The position numbers were made by a program, and so were the translations under genes. Under the pieces are notes generated by a model. That model was given only the letters and a program-made list of their open reading frames with translations, made no database searches and had not been told where the DNA came from. Below are positions 18,444 to 28,581 of a DNA stretch of 45,353 nucleotides, piece by piece. The stretch's first letter is position 1, and the number at the start of each line of letters is the position of its first letter. The DNA is from Anaerolineae bacterium. Lineage in GTDB: Bacteria > Chloroflexota > Anaerolineae > S140-20. The stretch is taken from positions 1-45,353 of the forward strand of contig JALUTT010000063.1 in NCBI GenBank assembly GCA_027021705.1, written 5' to 3'.

Positions 18444-19685
18444 ATGCGCGAAGCGATCTCGTCATCCCGACCAGCCCTCCGGTTGCGGGAGCTGCCCCGC
18501 AACGTCTGGGCCGTGACCATCACATCCTTTCTGACCGATGTCTCCAGCGAGATGCTCATCAACTTGATTCCCCTCTTCCTGGCCAACGTGCTGGGGGTGG
18601 GGATGGAGATCGTGGGGCTGATCGAAGGGGTTGCCGAGACGACGGCCAGCCTGCTGAAGGTCTTCTCCGGCTGGCTCTCGGACCGCCTGCGCCAGCGGAA
18701 GTGGCTGGCCGTCCTGGGCTACGCCCTCTCGACGGTGGCGAAGCCCTTCCTCTTCTTCGCCAACCACTGGGGATGGGTGCTGGCCGTGCGCTTCACCGAC
18801 CGAGTGGGCAAGGGGGTCCGCACGTCGCCCCGGGATGCGCTGGTGGCCGACAGCGTGGACCCTGCCCACCGGGGGCTGGCCTTCGGGCTGCACCGGGCAG
18901 GGGACACGGCCGGCGCGGTGGTGGGGCTCCTCATCGCCCTGGGCGTCGTCTGGTCCACCCAGGCCACGGGCCGCACGCTGACCCGCCCCACCTTCCAGAC
19001 CGTTGTCCTCTTCAGCGTCATCCCCGCTGCTCTGGCCGTCCTCGTCCTGGCCCTGGCCGCTCATGACGTGCCGGTGAAACGGGAAGCCTCTCCCCCTTCC
19101 CTCACTCTGCGAGGCTTCGACCGGCACTTCAAGCTCTTTCTCCTCACCGTCGTCCTCTTCACCCTGGGGAACTCGTCCGACGCCTTCCTCATCCTGCGGG
19201 GCCAGGAGCGGGGGTTGAGCGTGCTGGGGGTGCTGGGGATGCTGATCACTTTCAACGGGGTCTACACGATGGTCTCGGGACCGGCCGGGGCGCTCTCGGA
19301 CCGGCTGGGCCGGCGGCGGTTGATCGTGGGGGGCTGGCTGGTCTACGGCCTCATCTACCTGGGCTTCGCCCTCGCCCGGACGGGCTGGCAGGTCTGGGCC
19401 CTCTTCACCCTCTATGGGATCTACTACGGGATGGTGGAAGGGACCGCTCGGGCGCTGGTGGCCGATCTGGTGCGCCCGGCGCAGCGGGGGACCGCCTACG
19501 GGGTCTACAACGCGGCGGTGGGGCTGACCGCTTTCCCGGCCAGCTTCATCGCCGGCCTGCTGTGGCGCTACATCGGGCCGGCGGCTCCCTTCACCTTCGG
19601 CGCATTGATGGCCCTATTGGCCGTGGGGCTCCTCATGCTCTGGTTGCCCGGAAAGCAAGACATCCCAAACAGCTTTCAGGGGTAA
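18444..19685 (+). CDS. MFS transporter
   Basis: GWLSDRLRQRK and GALSDRLGRRR motifs, about 12 TM helices. SD GGAGGG precedes ATG 18444. Confidence 0.9.
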   Translation: MREAISSSRPALRLRELPRNVWAVTITSFLTDVSSEMLINLIPLFLANVLGVGMEIVGLIEGVAETTASLLKVFSGWLSDRLRQRKWLAVLGYALSTVAKPFLFFANHWGWVLAVRFTDRVGKGVRTSPRDALVADSVDPAHRGLAFGLHRAGDTAGAVVGLLIALGVVWSTQATGRTLTRPTFQTVVLFSVIPAALAVLVLALAAHDVPVKREASPPSLTLRGFDRHFKLFLLTVVLFTLGNSSDAFLILRGQERGLSVLGVLGMLITFNGVYTMVSGPAGALSDRLGRRRLIVGGWLVYGLIYLGFALARTGWQVWALFTLYGIYYGMVEGTARALVADLVRPAQRGTAYGVYNAAVGLTAFPASFIAGLLWRYIGPAAPFTFGALMALLAVGLLMLWLPGKQDIPNSFQG

Positions 19686-20134
19686 TGGTTGGGATTCTCC
19701 ACCATCAAGCCTTCGGCCAATGCAGCGGCATTCAGGCGATCATCAGCACAGAGAAAGATCAGGGCAGGAAGGCCACGCCGCTGTAGCGAGCGGTGAACCA
19801 CCACCGCTGTGGCCAGATGCATGGCATCGTAACCTCGCAGGGGATGGCTCTCCAGCAGATGACATGCCGTATCTATGACAGCAGTGGTGACTGGCACGAT
19901 CTGGTACACAGTGCGGCAATCCTCGAAGAAGATGTCGCGTATGCGCTGATAATCGGCAGGGGAAAGGCTCCCCTCGCGTATACGGCGGTTGAAAGCGCTA
20001 ATCACTTCAACGATGATCAATTGCGAGGCGACCAACGACAGGGCTAATGAGATTTGGTCGCGTAGCCAGGCACTACCAGGCTCATCAACATACCGCTTGA
20101 GCATGGCGCTGGTGTCCAAGTAGTAATTTACCAT
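19676..20134 (-). CDS. vapC: Type II TA toxin, VapC/PIN domain
   Basis: YLDTSAMLKRY, E, LRGYDAMHLATA and ADDRL PIN acidic motifs. Confidence 0.88.
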   Translation of the reverse strand: MVNYYLDTSAMLKRYVDEPGSAWLRDQISLALSLVASQLIIVEVISAFNRRIREGSLSPADYQRIRDIFFEDCRTVYQIVPVTTAVIDTACHLLESHPLRGYDAMHLATAVVVHRSLQRRGLPALIFLCADDRLNAAALAEGLMVENPNHYP

Positions 20135-20448
20135 CCCGCCCTTCGCTCCTCAATGGCGATTTCTGACAAGGGGGGATCAATGCCAAGTTTTTTTGCCAGT
20201 TCAGCGCGTTCCTCGGGCGTGGCAGGAGGCCAGAGGCTCCCTTCCTTCATCTCTACCAGCAGGCCGTCTTCACGCAAAGCCTGGATCACCAGATCGCGTA
20301 TAGCCTCTCGTTCTCTGGTTGGTGGCACAGGACGAATGACGATTTGGTCTCCCTCCCGGACCACCTCCACTTCATCCCAGCCTTGGAGAGCAGCGCGGGG
20401 GATTAGCAATCCCCGAGGAGTTATTTGAGCATTGATCTTCGTAGCCAT
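20128..20448 (-). CDS. Putative antitoxin (AbrB-like N-terminus)
   Basis: Small gene overlapping the vapC start; GLLIPR...EVEVVREGDQIVIRP; C-terminal PLSEIAIEERR. Confidence 0.75.
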   Translation of the reverse strand: MATKINAQITPRGLLIPRAALQGWDEVEVVREGDQIVIRPVPPTREREAIRDLVIQALREDGLLVEMKEGSLWPPATPEERAELAKKLGIDPPLSEIAIEERRAGW

Positions 20449-20490
20449 CTCAATCCACCTTTCTCCAGACCGGCGTGGCCTGTTATCAGG

Positions 20491-20519
20491 AGTATACTAT
20501 CCTCAGGGTGCTCTGTCAA
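20491..20519 (-). promoter_or_regulatory. Promoter of the vapBC module
   Basis: Minus strand TTGACA-17 nt-TATACT; the -35 lies within the dinB-family 3' end. Confidence 0.7.
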
Positions 20520-21465
20520 AGAGAGCGTGCTCCCGCTCGTGGGTAAGGCAGATGTAAGCCCAGTCGTAGGGGGTACAGTGGGGGTCCCAGGGGGCCGGGA
20601 AGGCGCGGCCCATCGCGTCCTCGTCCATCCCTTCCAGCACGCCTGTCAGCGCCCGGCGCACTGCCTCCAGTTCAGCCCACACCTCCTCCCACGGCTGGTC
20701 CCGCCGGGCTTCCACGTGGACCTGGTTCCAGGCATCCACATCCTCAATCGCCTCGACCTGAGGCGGGCGCCCAACGGCCATCTGACGCAGTCCCTGAAGG
20801 CAGAGAGCTTCCCAGTCGGTCACATGCCCCAGTACATCCTTGAGCGTCCAGGTCCCGCAGACGGGACGGGAGGCCCGTTCCTCCGGCGGGACCAGGGCGA
20901 CGGCGGTCAGCAGCGCCTCTCGGCTCGCAGCTAGGGCTGCCAACAGGACCGCTTTGGACCCCCTCCGGGGCCAGACCTCGTACCACAAGCCCTCCTGCCG
21001 TCGCCAGGCCGCCACCTGGGCGGCGTGCTCGGCGTCGTGCTGGGCCTGCACCCGGAGGATCGTGGGGAAGGTCCAATCCACTCCCCGGAAGGTACGCTCC
21101 CGGCAGAAGGTCTCCACCGGCAGCGCCGCCAGCCAGGTCGTCCAGTCTCGCCGGGCCTCCTGAAGCTCGGCCAGCACCTCGTCCAGGTCCCGCCCCCGCC
21201 ACGCGGCAACGGCGTCCGCATTGAAGGCATCCATCGTCTCCAGCGCTGAGAGGTCGGGCGCTCCCTCGGTCAGCGTACGCTCCATCTCCCGGTGCTCCCA
21301 CCGATCCCAGGCGGCGATATGGACCAGCAGGTCCTTGACCGTCCAGCCACCGGGCATCGGCCTTCGGGTAAGCGCCTCCTCTTCCAGGCCGATGAGTTGC
21401 TCCAGCAGCCTGGCCCGCTCCAGCGCCAGATGGGCCAGCCCCTGAGCGAGGGAACAGGTCACCAT
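20503..21465 (-). CDS. DinB/ClbS-DfsB superfamily protein with two tandem domains
   Basis: WTVKDLLVHIAAWD...HDAEH and WTLKDVLGHVTDWE...HEREH. Confidence 0.8.
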   Translation of the reverse strand: MVTCSLAQGLAHLALERARLLEQLIGLEEEALTRRPMPGGWTVKDLLVHIAAWDRWEHREMERTLTEGAPDLSALETMDAFNADAVAAWRGRDLDEVLAELQEARRDWTTWLAALPVETFCRERTFRGVDWTFPTILRVQAQHDAEHAAQVAAWRRQEGLWYEVWPRRGSKAVLLAALAASREALLTAVALVPPEERASRPVCGTWTLKDVLGHVTDWEALCLQGLRQMAVGRPPQVEAIEDVDAWNQVHVEARRDQPWEEVWAELEAVRRALTGVLEGMDEDAMGRAFPAPWDPHCTPYDWAYICLTHEREHALFDRAP

Positions 21466-22337
21466 GCGCCCTCCTTCAGCCCATCTCGCAGACGGGTCAG
21501 CAGATGGGCGACCTCGCCCTTCTCGGCCTCATCCAGGCAGCCCCAGGGGGCGAAGAAGAGGCGGTCGGTATCCGCTTCCACCCGATCGCGGAAGCGCCGG
21601 CCGGCCTCGGTCAGGCGCGGCGCGTCGTCCGGCCCCTCGACGAGGCCACGCCGGCGGAGCTCGACCAGAGCCTCCGCGTACACCCGGCGGGGGTGCCCCC
21701 GATGGGCCAGCCGTTCGACCAGGGTGTCCAGGGAGTCGGCCTCACCCCGCCAGAGGAAAGTCAACGACTCCAAGGCCGGAGCGCTCAATCCTGAAGGTCT
21801 CCAGGCGGCCAGGTGAGCGTCGTCCCGGTAGCCGTGCAGACAGGAGATAGCCTGCTCGCTGTAGGGCAGCGGTGGGGTGAGCGCCGGCATCAGCCTGTAG
21901 CCGATGCCGATGGCCCAGGGCTCAGGGGGCGGCGGCGTGTCGAGGGCGGCCTGGACCAACCGACCCAACAGATGGGCCAGCCGCTCCCCGTCAGCCGGGG
22001 GGAGCGGATCGGCTTCCGCCATAGCGGCGCGGGCCTCCTCGATGAAACGCTGGGTCTTCGCCCGGCCCACCTCCGTCAGCCGATACACCCCCGGCTTCTC
22101 CTCGACCAGTCCGCCCTTCTCCGCCGCGGTCGCCAGTCGGGCCTGGTAGACCCCGATGGCCGTGTAAGGGTCCCTCACCCGGAGATAGGCCGGTGTGACC
22201 GCCTTCGGATCATGGGCGAACGCCGCCAGCAGCATCCCCCCTCCCTCGGCGGTGAAGACCCTCCACATCGGCCTGTAGTAGGCGGCGATGGCTCCGTGCG
22301 TTTGGCTCATCAACTCCCACAAAGCGCGATCGTCCAT
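21459..22337 (-). CDS. Hypothetical protein with two winged-helix-like segments (SCO6745-like)
   Basis: GLVE...YRLTEVGR and GLVE...PRLTEAGR segments; RDDAHLAAW. ATG 22337 overlaps the EamA stop (TGATG). Confidence 0.65.
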   Translation of the reverse strand: MDDRALWELMSQTHGAIAAYYRPMWRVFTAEGGGMLLAAFAHDPKAVTPAYLRVRDPYTAIGVYQARLATAAEKGGLVEEKPGVYRLTEVGRAKTQRFIEEARAAMAEADPLPPADGERLAHLLGRLVQAALDTPPPPEPWAIGIGYRLMPALTPPLPYSEQAISCLHGYRDDAHLAAWRPSGLSAPALESLTFLWRGEADSLDTLVERLAHRGHPRRVYAEALVELRRRGLVEGPDDAPRLTEAGRRFRDRVEADTDRLFFAPWGCLDEAEKGEVAHLLTRLRDGLKEGAW

Positions 22338-23212
22338 CAACTCTCTCCTCGTTGGGCCAGCAGCACCCCGGCCAGCATCAGCACACCGCCGAGGCGTTGC
22401 GGTCCCGAGAGGGCTTCTGCCAGCAGAAGCCAGCCGAACAGCGCGGCGAAGACGGCCTCCAGGCTCAGGATGATGGCAGCGTCGGTGGCGGGAGCGTGCT
22501 GCTGTCCCACCACCTGGAGGGTGTACCCCAGCCCCACCGATAGGCCCCCCGCGTAGAGGATGGCCCACCAGACCTCGGTCAGTCCGCCCAGCGTGGCGGA
22601 CTCCAGCCCCAGGCCGAGCAGGGTGCTGAGGAGCCCACAGACCAGGTACTGGATGGCTGCCAGCCGCAGCGGATCCACCCGCCCGGCCAGGTGGCCGATC
22701 AGGATGACGTGGAGGGCCCACAGCACCGCCCCGGCGAGCTCCAGCCCATCGCCGGGGGCGAGGGCCAGACGCCGCCCCCCGGTGCTCAGCAGGAAGAGCC
22801 CCACCGTCGCCAGGAGGGAAGCGATCCAGGCGGTGAAGGGAGGTCGCCGGCGCCACACCACCGCCAGCAGCAGCGGGACGAGGATCACATAGAGCCCCGT
22901 GATGAAGCCGGCCTTGCCGGCCGTGGTGAACTGGAGCCCTGCCTGCTGGAGGGCGGAAGCGGCGAGGAGGAGGAGGCCGGCCAGCATACCTCCGCGCCAC
23001 TCCAGCCCGGTCGTGCCGCGCCGGCGACTCCAGAGGAGTGGTCCCAGGACCAGCGCCCCCAGCAGGAAGCGCAGGCCGTTGAAGAGGAAGAAGCCCAGAT
23101 GAGCAGCAGCGACGCGCTGGGCGGAGAAGGCCCCGCCCCAGACCAGGGCGGCACCCAGCAGCGCCAGGTCCGCTTGCAGCCGCTTTCGGCGGAGCGCAGG
23201 GGCTTGGAGCAC
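22337..23212 (-). CDS. EamA/DMT family transporter
   Basis: WGGAF, GLQFTTAGKAGFITGLY and IILSLEAVFA motifs; about 10 TM helices. Confidence 0.9.
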   Translation of the reverse strand: MLQAPALRRKRLQADLALLGAALVWGGAFSAQRVAAAHLGFFLFNGLRFLLGALVLGPLLWSRRRGTTGLEWRGGMLAGLLLLAASALQQAGLQFTTAGKAGFITGLYVILVPLLLAVVWRRRPPFTAWIASLLATVGLFLLSTGGRRLALAPGDGLELAGAVLWALHVILIGHLAGRVDPLRLAAIQYLVCGLLSTLLGLGLESATLGGLTEVWWAILYAGGLSVGLGYTLQVVGQQHAPATDAAIILSLEAVFAALFGWLLLAEALSGPQRLGGVLMLAGVLLAQRGES

Positions 23213-23228
23213 GGCACTCCTCTCAGAT

Positions 23229-23298
23229 GTGGCGAGTTACAAGTTGCAAGTTGCAAGTTGCAAGTTGCAAGTGGCAAGTGGCAGGTTGTAGGTGGCAA
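23229..23298. repeat. Ten tandem heptamers (mRNA strand TTGCCAC/TTGCAAC)
   Basis: Begins immediately after the TGA of the four-helix-bundle gene. Confidence 0.92.
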
Positions 23299-23685
23299 TC
23301 AGACGGTGTGTCCTTGGGCGATCTGACGGTCCAGGAAGGCAATGAAGCCGGCCAGAAGGCGTCCTACCTCGGCCCGCTGGGCCTCCAGTCGCGCGTAGTC
23401 ATCCTTGTCCAGGTAGTCCAAACGGCGGGCTAGATGGAGGTAGTACTCGACCTCTGAGAGGGAGCCTTGGGCTTTGTACAGGAAGCTCCGAAAGTCCTTG
23501 AGCGTGCGCCTGCCTGATCCCTCCGCGATATTTGCGGCTACGGACACCGCCGCGCTGCGGATCTGCGACGTGAGCGCATACCGCTCCTCCCGTGGGAAGC
23601 ACCGGCCTGTAGCGCGGTAGATCTCGACCGCCAGATCGTCCGCTTTCTGCCAGGCCAGGATTCCTCGGAAATCCCGCGCCATCAT
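23299..23685 (-). CDS. Four helix bundle protein (23S rRNA IVP / Avd-like family)
   Basis: AWQKA...IYRAT..FPREERYALTSQIRSAAVSVAANIAEGSGR...AQGSLSE family signature. SD AGGAG. Start is ATG 23685 or 23682. Confidence 0.92.
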   Translation of the reverse strand: MMARDFRGILAWQKADDLAVEIYRATGRCFPREERYALTSQIRSAAVSVAANIAEGSGRRTLKDFRSFLYKAQGSLSEVEYYLHLARRLDYLDKDDYARLEAQRAEVGRLLAGFIAFLDRQIAQGHTV

Positions 23686-23696
23686 CCCCCCTCCTA

Positions 23697-23752
23697 TTCC
23701 CTTGCCCCTTGCCCCCTGCCCCTTGCCCCTTGTCCCTTGCCCCTTGCCCCCT
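23697..23752. repeat. Eight tandem heptamers (mRNA strand AAGGGGC)
   Basis: Fills the gap between the potD stop and the SD of the four-helix-bundle gene. 23704-23731 is identical to 791-818. Confidence 0.92.
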
Positions 23753-24905
23753 AAGGCCCCGCAGCCTTGATCTCGGTCCAGATGCGCTCGTAGAGGGGGG
23801 TCGCCTCTCCCACGTCCTTGATCCACTCCAGCTTCTCTATCACCTCGGGCGGCGGGTAGATGGCCGGCTCGTTCAGGATCTCGGGATTGATGAACTCAGC
23901 CGCGGCCACGTTAGGACTGGCGAACCAGGTGTAGTTGGTGATCTTGGCCCCCACCTCCGGCTCCAGCAGGTAGTTGATGAAGACCTCAGCCGTATACTTG
24001 TTGGCCGAACTGGCGGGGATGCAGAGGTTGTCGGCCCAGATAACGGCCCCCTCCTTGGGGATGACGTACCAGATGCGCTCATCCTCGGCCGCCGCCGTGA
24101 AGATGTCACCGCTCCAGCCGTGGGCCATCACCGTCTCGTCGGCCACCAGCAGGTCCTCGAACTGCTCGCTGTCGTAGGCGTAGACCCACTGCTTCTGTTG
24201 GATGAGCAGGTCGCGGGCTTCCATCAACTCCTTCTCGTTGGTGGTGTTGAGGGAGTAGCCCAGGTACTTGAGGGCCGCCCCCAGGGTCTCCCGGACATCG
24301 TTGAGCATCGTGAACTTGCCCGCGTACTGGGAGGCCAGCTCCGGGTCGAAGAGGTAGGCCCAGCTATCAGGAGGTTCGTCGAAGACCTCGGTATTGTAGC
24401 CGATGCCCGTCGTCCCCCACTGGTAGGGCACGCAGTGGCGCATCCCCGGATCGTAGGGCGGATCGGCGAACATCGGGTCAATGTTGACCAGGTTAGGGAT
24501 GTTCTTGTGGTCCAACTCGGCCAGCAGCCCCTCGTTGATCATAATCTCGACCATATAGTCCGAGGGCACGATGATGTCGTAGCCGGTGGCGCCGGCCTGG
24601 AGCTTGGCCAGCAGTTCCTCGTTGCTGGCGAAGGTGTCCTCGACGATGCGGACCCCGTACTCCTTCTCGAAGTCCTCGTAGATCTGGGGGTCAATGTAGT
24701 CCGACCAGTTGTAGATGTGCAGTTCCTTGGCCAGTTGGGGCTCTTCGACCTGGACCTCGGTCGGTGGTGCTTCCGTCGCCTTGGTCTCCGGCTTCTCCGG
24801 CACCGGGGTGGGCTGGGCCTGACCGCCGCCACAGGCCGCCATCAGAACCAGCGCCAGGATCAGGCTTAGCAGGACTGCTCCCCTGTTCCACACCCGTCGT
24901 GTCAT
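23751..24905 (-). CDS. potD: Spermidine/putrescine ABC substrate-binding lipoprotein
   Basis: Lipobox MAAC, IYNWSDYIDP, YDIIVPSDY, PYQWGTTGI and PKEGAVIWAD. Confidence 0.9.
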   Translation of the reverse strand: MTRRVWNRGAVLLSLILALVLMAACGGGQAQPTPVPEKPETKATEAPPTEVQVEEPQLAKELHIYNWSDYIDPQIYEDFEKEYGVRIVEDTFASNEELLAKLQAGATGYDIIVPSDYMVEIMINEGLLAELDHKNIPNLVNIDPMFADPPYDPGMRHCVPYQWGTTGIGYNTEVFDEPPDSWAYLFDPELASQYAGKFTMLNDVRETLGAALKYLGYSLNTTNEKELMEARDLLIQQKQWVYAYDSEQFEDLLVADETVMAHGWSGDIFTAAAEDERIWYVIPKEGAVIWADNLCIPASSANKYTAEVFINYLLEPEVGAKITNYTWFASPNVAAAEFINPEILNEPAIYPPPEVIEKLEWIKDVGEATPLYERIWTEIKAAGP

Positions 24906-25012
24906 CGCATCTCCTCCTTTGCTTCAGATCAGTGGGAAAAGGCCGGGCACCCCACCTAGGGCACCTCCGCTGCCGGGCTTTGAGGCCCGTGCTTTGCGAC
25001 ACGCCGAACTGC

Positions 25013-25846
25013 TCACACGATCTCGATCTTGCCACCACCTCCTTTCTGCAAAAAGAGGGAGAGAAGAACCAGCGTCATCGAGGCGATCAGCATCAGGCTG
25101 GAGAGGGCGTTGATCTCCGGCGTGATGCCCAGCTTGATCATCGAGTAGATGCGCAGGGGCAGCGTCGTGGAGCCGACGCCGGCGGTGAAAAAGGTGATGA
25201 CGAAGTCGTCTAGGGAGAGGGTGAAGGCCAGCAGCGCCCCACCCAGGATACCCGGCATGATCAGCGGCAGCGTCACCCGCCGGAAGGTTTGCCACTCGTT
25301 GGCGTAGAGGTCCTGGGCCGCTTCCTCCAGGGTGACGTCGAAATAGGCCAGGCGGGCCCGCACGACGACGGCGACGAAAGAGATGTTGAAGGCGATGTGG
25401 GAGATGATGATGGTCGGCAGTCCCAATTGCGTGCGGCTCAGCACGAAAAACAGGAGGAGCATCACCGCCATCGCGATGTCGGGGATGATGATGGGCAGGT
25501 AGAGCAGGGCGTCGAAGGCCAGCTTGCCCCAGAAGTTGTAGCGGGACATCGCCAGCGCGACCATCGTGCCGAAGACGGTGGAGACGAGAGTCGCCGTCCC
25601 GGCCACGATGATGCTGTTCTTCAGGGCCGCGCCGATCAACTCATTGCCGAGAAGTTTCCCGTACCAGGCCAAGGTGAACCCGCCCCACGAGGCCATGAAG
25701 CGCGAGGCGTTGAAAGAGAAGATGACCAGGATCACGATGGGGGCGTAGAGGAAGAGGTAGCCGGCGATGCCGTGCAACGTCAACAGGCGGTTCAGCCACC
25801 GCCCTCTTCGCCTCGCCCCTTGCGCCTTCGCCGTCCGTCCCTTCAA
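25013..25846 (-). CDS. potC: Polyamine ABC permease
   Basis: FLYAPI..SFN, EEAAQDL, FTLSLDDF and PEINAL. TTG start after GGAGGTGA. Confidence 0.9.
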   Translation of the reverse strand: MKGRTAKAQGARRRGRWLNRLLTLHGIAGYLFLYAPIVILVIFSFNASRFMASWGGFTLAWYGKLLGNELIGAALKNSIIVAGTATLVSTVFGTMVALAMSRYNFWGKLAFDALLYLPIIIPDIAMAVMLLLFFVLSRTQLGLPTIIISHIAFNISFVAVVVRARLAYFDVTLEEAAQDLYANEWQTFRRVTLPLIMPGILGGALLAFTLSLDDFVITFFTAGVGSTTLPLRIYSMIKLGITPEINALSSLMLIASMTLVLLSLFLQKGGGGKIEIV

Positions 25847-25860
25847 GGCTCACCTCCCTA

Positions 25861-25916
25861 ACGCTTCACGCCTCACGCTTCACGCCTCACGCCTCACGCC
25901 CCACGCCTCACACCTC
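25861..25916. repeat. Eight tandem heptamers, ACGCCTC-type, between potB and potC
   Basis: The array overlaps the potB stop and runs to the potC SD. Confidence 0.9.
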
Positions 25917-26834
25917 CGTCTCCCCTCCCCCCATACGGAAGTAGATCAGCGTCCCCACCACCATCACCGCCATCAGCACGAAGGAGGTAGCGGAGCCAAA
26001 GGGGTAGTCCCGGGCCGACATAAACTGGGCGTAGATCACGTTGCCGATCATAATGGACCGGGCCCCTCCCAGCAGGTCGGGGGTGATGTAGGCCCCCAGG
26101 GAGGGGATGAAGACCAGCACGGAGCCGGCCACGATCCCCGGCATCGTCAGGGGCAGGATGACGCGCAGGAAGGTCTGCAACCGGTTGGCATAGAGGTCCT
26201 GGGCTGCCTCGATCAGCGAGCGGTCCAGCCGCTCGATGGCCGCGTAGGTGGGGAGCACCATATCGGGCAGCCAGCCATAGACCAGGCCGATGATGATGGC
26301 CAGGTCAGTGCCGAAGAGGGGGAGCGGTTGCGCCGTCGCCTGCACCAAGGATGACCAGAAGGGCAGCGGCACCGCCTCGGCCACCTGGAGCAGGAAGGCG
26401 TGGATCGGCCCGGTCCAGAGGGTGTTGATCAGCCCCTGGTCCCGCAGGATGACCAGCCAAGCGTAGGTGCGCACCAGGAAGTTGGTCCAGAAGGGGATCA
26501 TCAGCAACAGCACCAGGCTGCTGCGCCACCGGACCGGGCGGGTGGCGATGAAGTAGGCCAGAGGATAGCCGATCAGCAGGCAGAGCAGCGTCGTCGTCAG
26601 CGCGATCCGAAAGGTGCGCCAGAAGATGCGCAGGTAGAGGGGGTCGAAGAGGCGGGCGTAGTTCTCCAGGTTGAGGTGCCAGCGCACGCCTCCGTAGGTC
26701 CCCCGCTGGCCGAAGCTCATCGCGAAGACCAGGAGCAAAGGGATGAAGAAGAAGACGATGAGCCAGAAGAGGCTGGGGGAGAGGAGGAAGAGGAGGCGCC
26801 AGGTCTCGCGCCGGGTGCGGGGCTGAACGGCCAT
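25908..26834 (-). CDS. potB: Polyamine ABC permease
   Basis: PFWTNFLVRTYAW, EAAQDL and PDLLGG. Confidence 0.9.
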   Translation of the reverse strand: MAVQPRTRRETWRLLFLLSPSLFWLIVFFFIPLLLVFAMSFGQRGTYGGVRWHLNLENYARLFDPLYLRIFWRTFRIALTTTLLCLLIGYPLAYFIATRPVRWRSSLVLLLMIPFWTNFLVRTYAWLVILRDQGLINTLWTGPIHAFLLQVAEAVPLPFWSSLVQATAQPLPLFGTDLAIIIGLVYGWLPDMVLPTYAAIERLDRSLIEAAQDLYANRLQTFLRVILPLTMPGIVAGSVLVFIPSLGAYITPDLLGGARSIMIGNVIYAQFMSARDYPFGSATSFVLMAVMVVGTLIYFRMGGGETEV

Positions 26835-26843
26835 CGGTGCCTC

Positions 26844-27926
<1,083 letters not shown>

Positions 27927-27981
27927 CTCCCTCCCTCTGCACGACGACGGTGGGGATGTTTCCGGGGGATCTTTGTGCCGA

Positions 27982-28464
27982 TCAGGCGGGTCCCTGCGCC
28001 AGCGGCTCGACCTCCCCGTCGGGAGCCATCCCCCAGCGGTAGGAGAGCTTGTAGGTGCGGAGGATGTAGAAAGTCTCGGTGCGTTGGATCCCTTCAACGC
28101 GGAGCAGTTTGTCACTGAGGAAGCTGGCCAGGTGCTCGGTATCCTGGCAGAGGACTTCGACCAGTAGATCGAAAGCGCCGGAGGTCATCACCAGGTAGGA
28201 GACCTCGTCGAAGGCCGCGATCTCCTGGGCGGCGGCCTCCAAGCGAGCGGGCTGGACGACGACGCCGATGATGGCGGTCGCCCGAAGCCCCAGCAGATGC
28301 GGATCCACCACGCCGACGACCTGCAGGATCCCCTCCCGCCGCAACCGCGCCACGCGATTGCGCACCGTGGACTCCGAGACGCCGATCTGCTCCGCAATGG
28401 TGGTGAAGGGCATCCGCCCGTCGTACTGGAGACGGGCGATGATGGCCCGGTCAACGTGGTCTAT
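27982..28464 (-). CDS. Lrp/AsnC family transcriptional regulator with an apparent ATA start
   Basis: [37 protein letters not shown] and GAFDLL effector domain. AGGAGG lies 7 nt before ATA at 28464. Confidence 0.85.
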   Translation of the reverse strand: MDHVDRAIIARLQYDGRMPFTTIAEQIGVSESTVRNRVARLRREGILQVVGVVDPHLLGLRATAIIGVVVQPARLEAAAQEIAAFDEVSYLVMTSGAFDLLVEVLCQDTEHLASFLSDKLLRVEGIQRTETFYILRTYKLSYRWGMAPDGEVEPLAQGPA

Positions 28465-28504
28465 GGTTCCCCCTCCTGGATGCTCGCGCGAGCGCAATGA
28501 CGGT

Positions 28505-28533
28505 ATCTTAACCGAATTTCGCAGAAATGTCAA
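28505..28533 (-). promoter_or_regulatory. Promoter of the Lrp-pot operon with adjacent palindromes
   Basis: Minus strand TTGACA-17 nt-TAAGAT. Nearby inverted repeats: CCCGCGAATCGCGGG (28549-28563) and GACGATTT...AAATCGTC (28541-28583). Confidence 0.7.
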
Positions 28534-28581
28534 GTCCTGTGACGATTTCCCGCGAATCGCGGGCAAAAATTGCGAAAATCG

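Noticed and set aside
23229..23752. Diversity-generating retroelement suggested by the Avd-like gene
   Set aside because: No reverse transcriptase and no TR/VR pair with adenine-specific differences were seen in the window.
721..25916. Tandem arrays as CRISPR
   Set aside because: Units are 7-8 bp with no unique spacers, and there are no cas genes.
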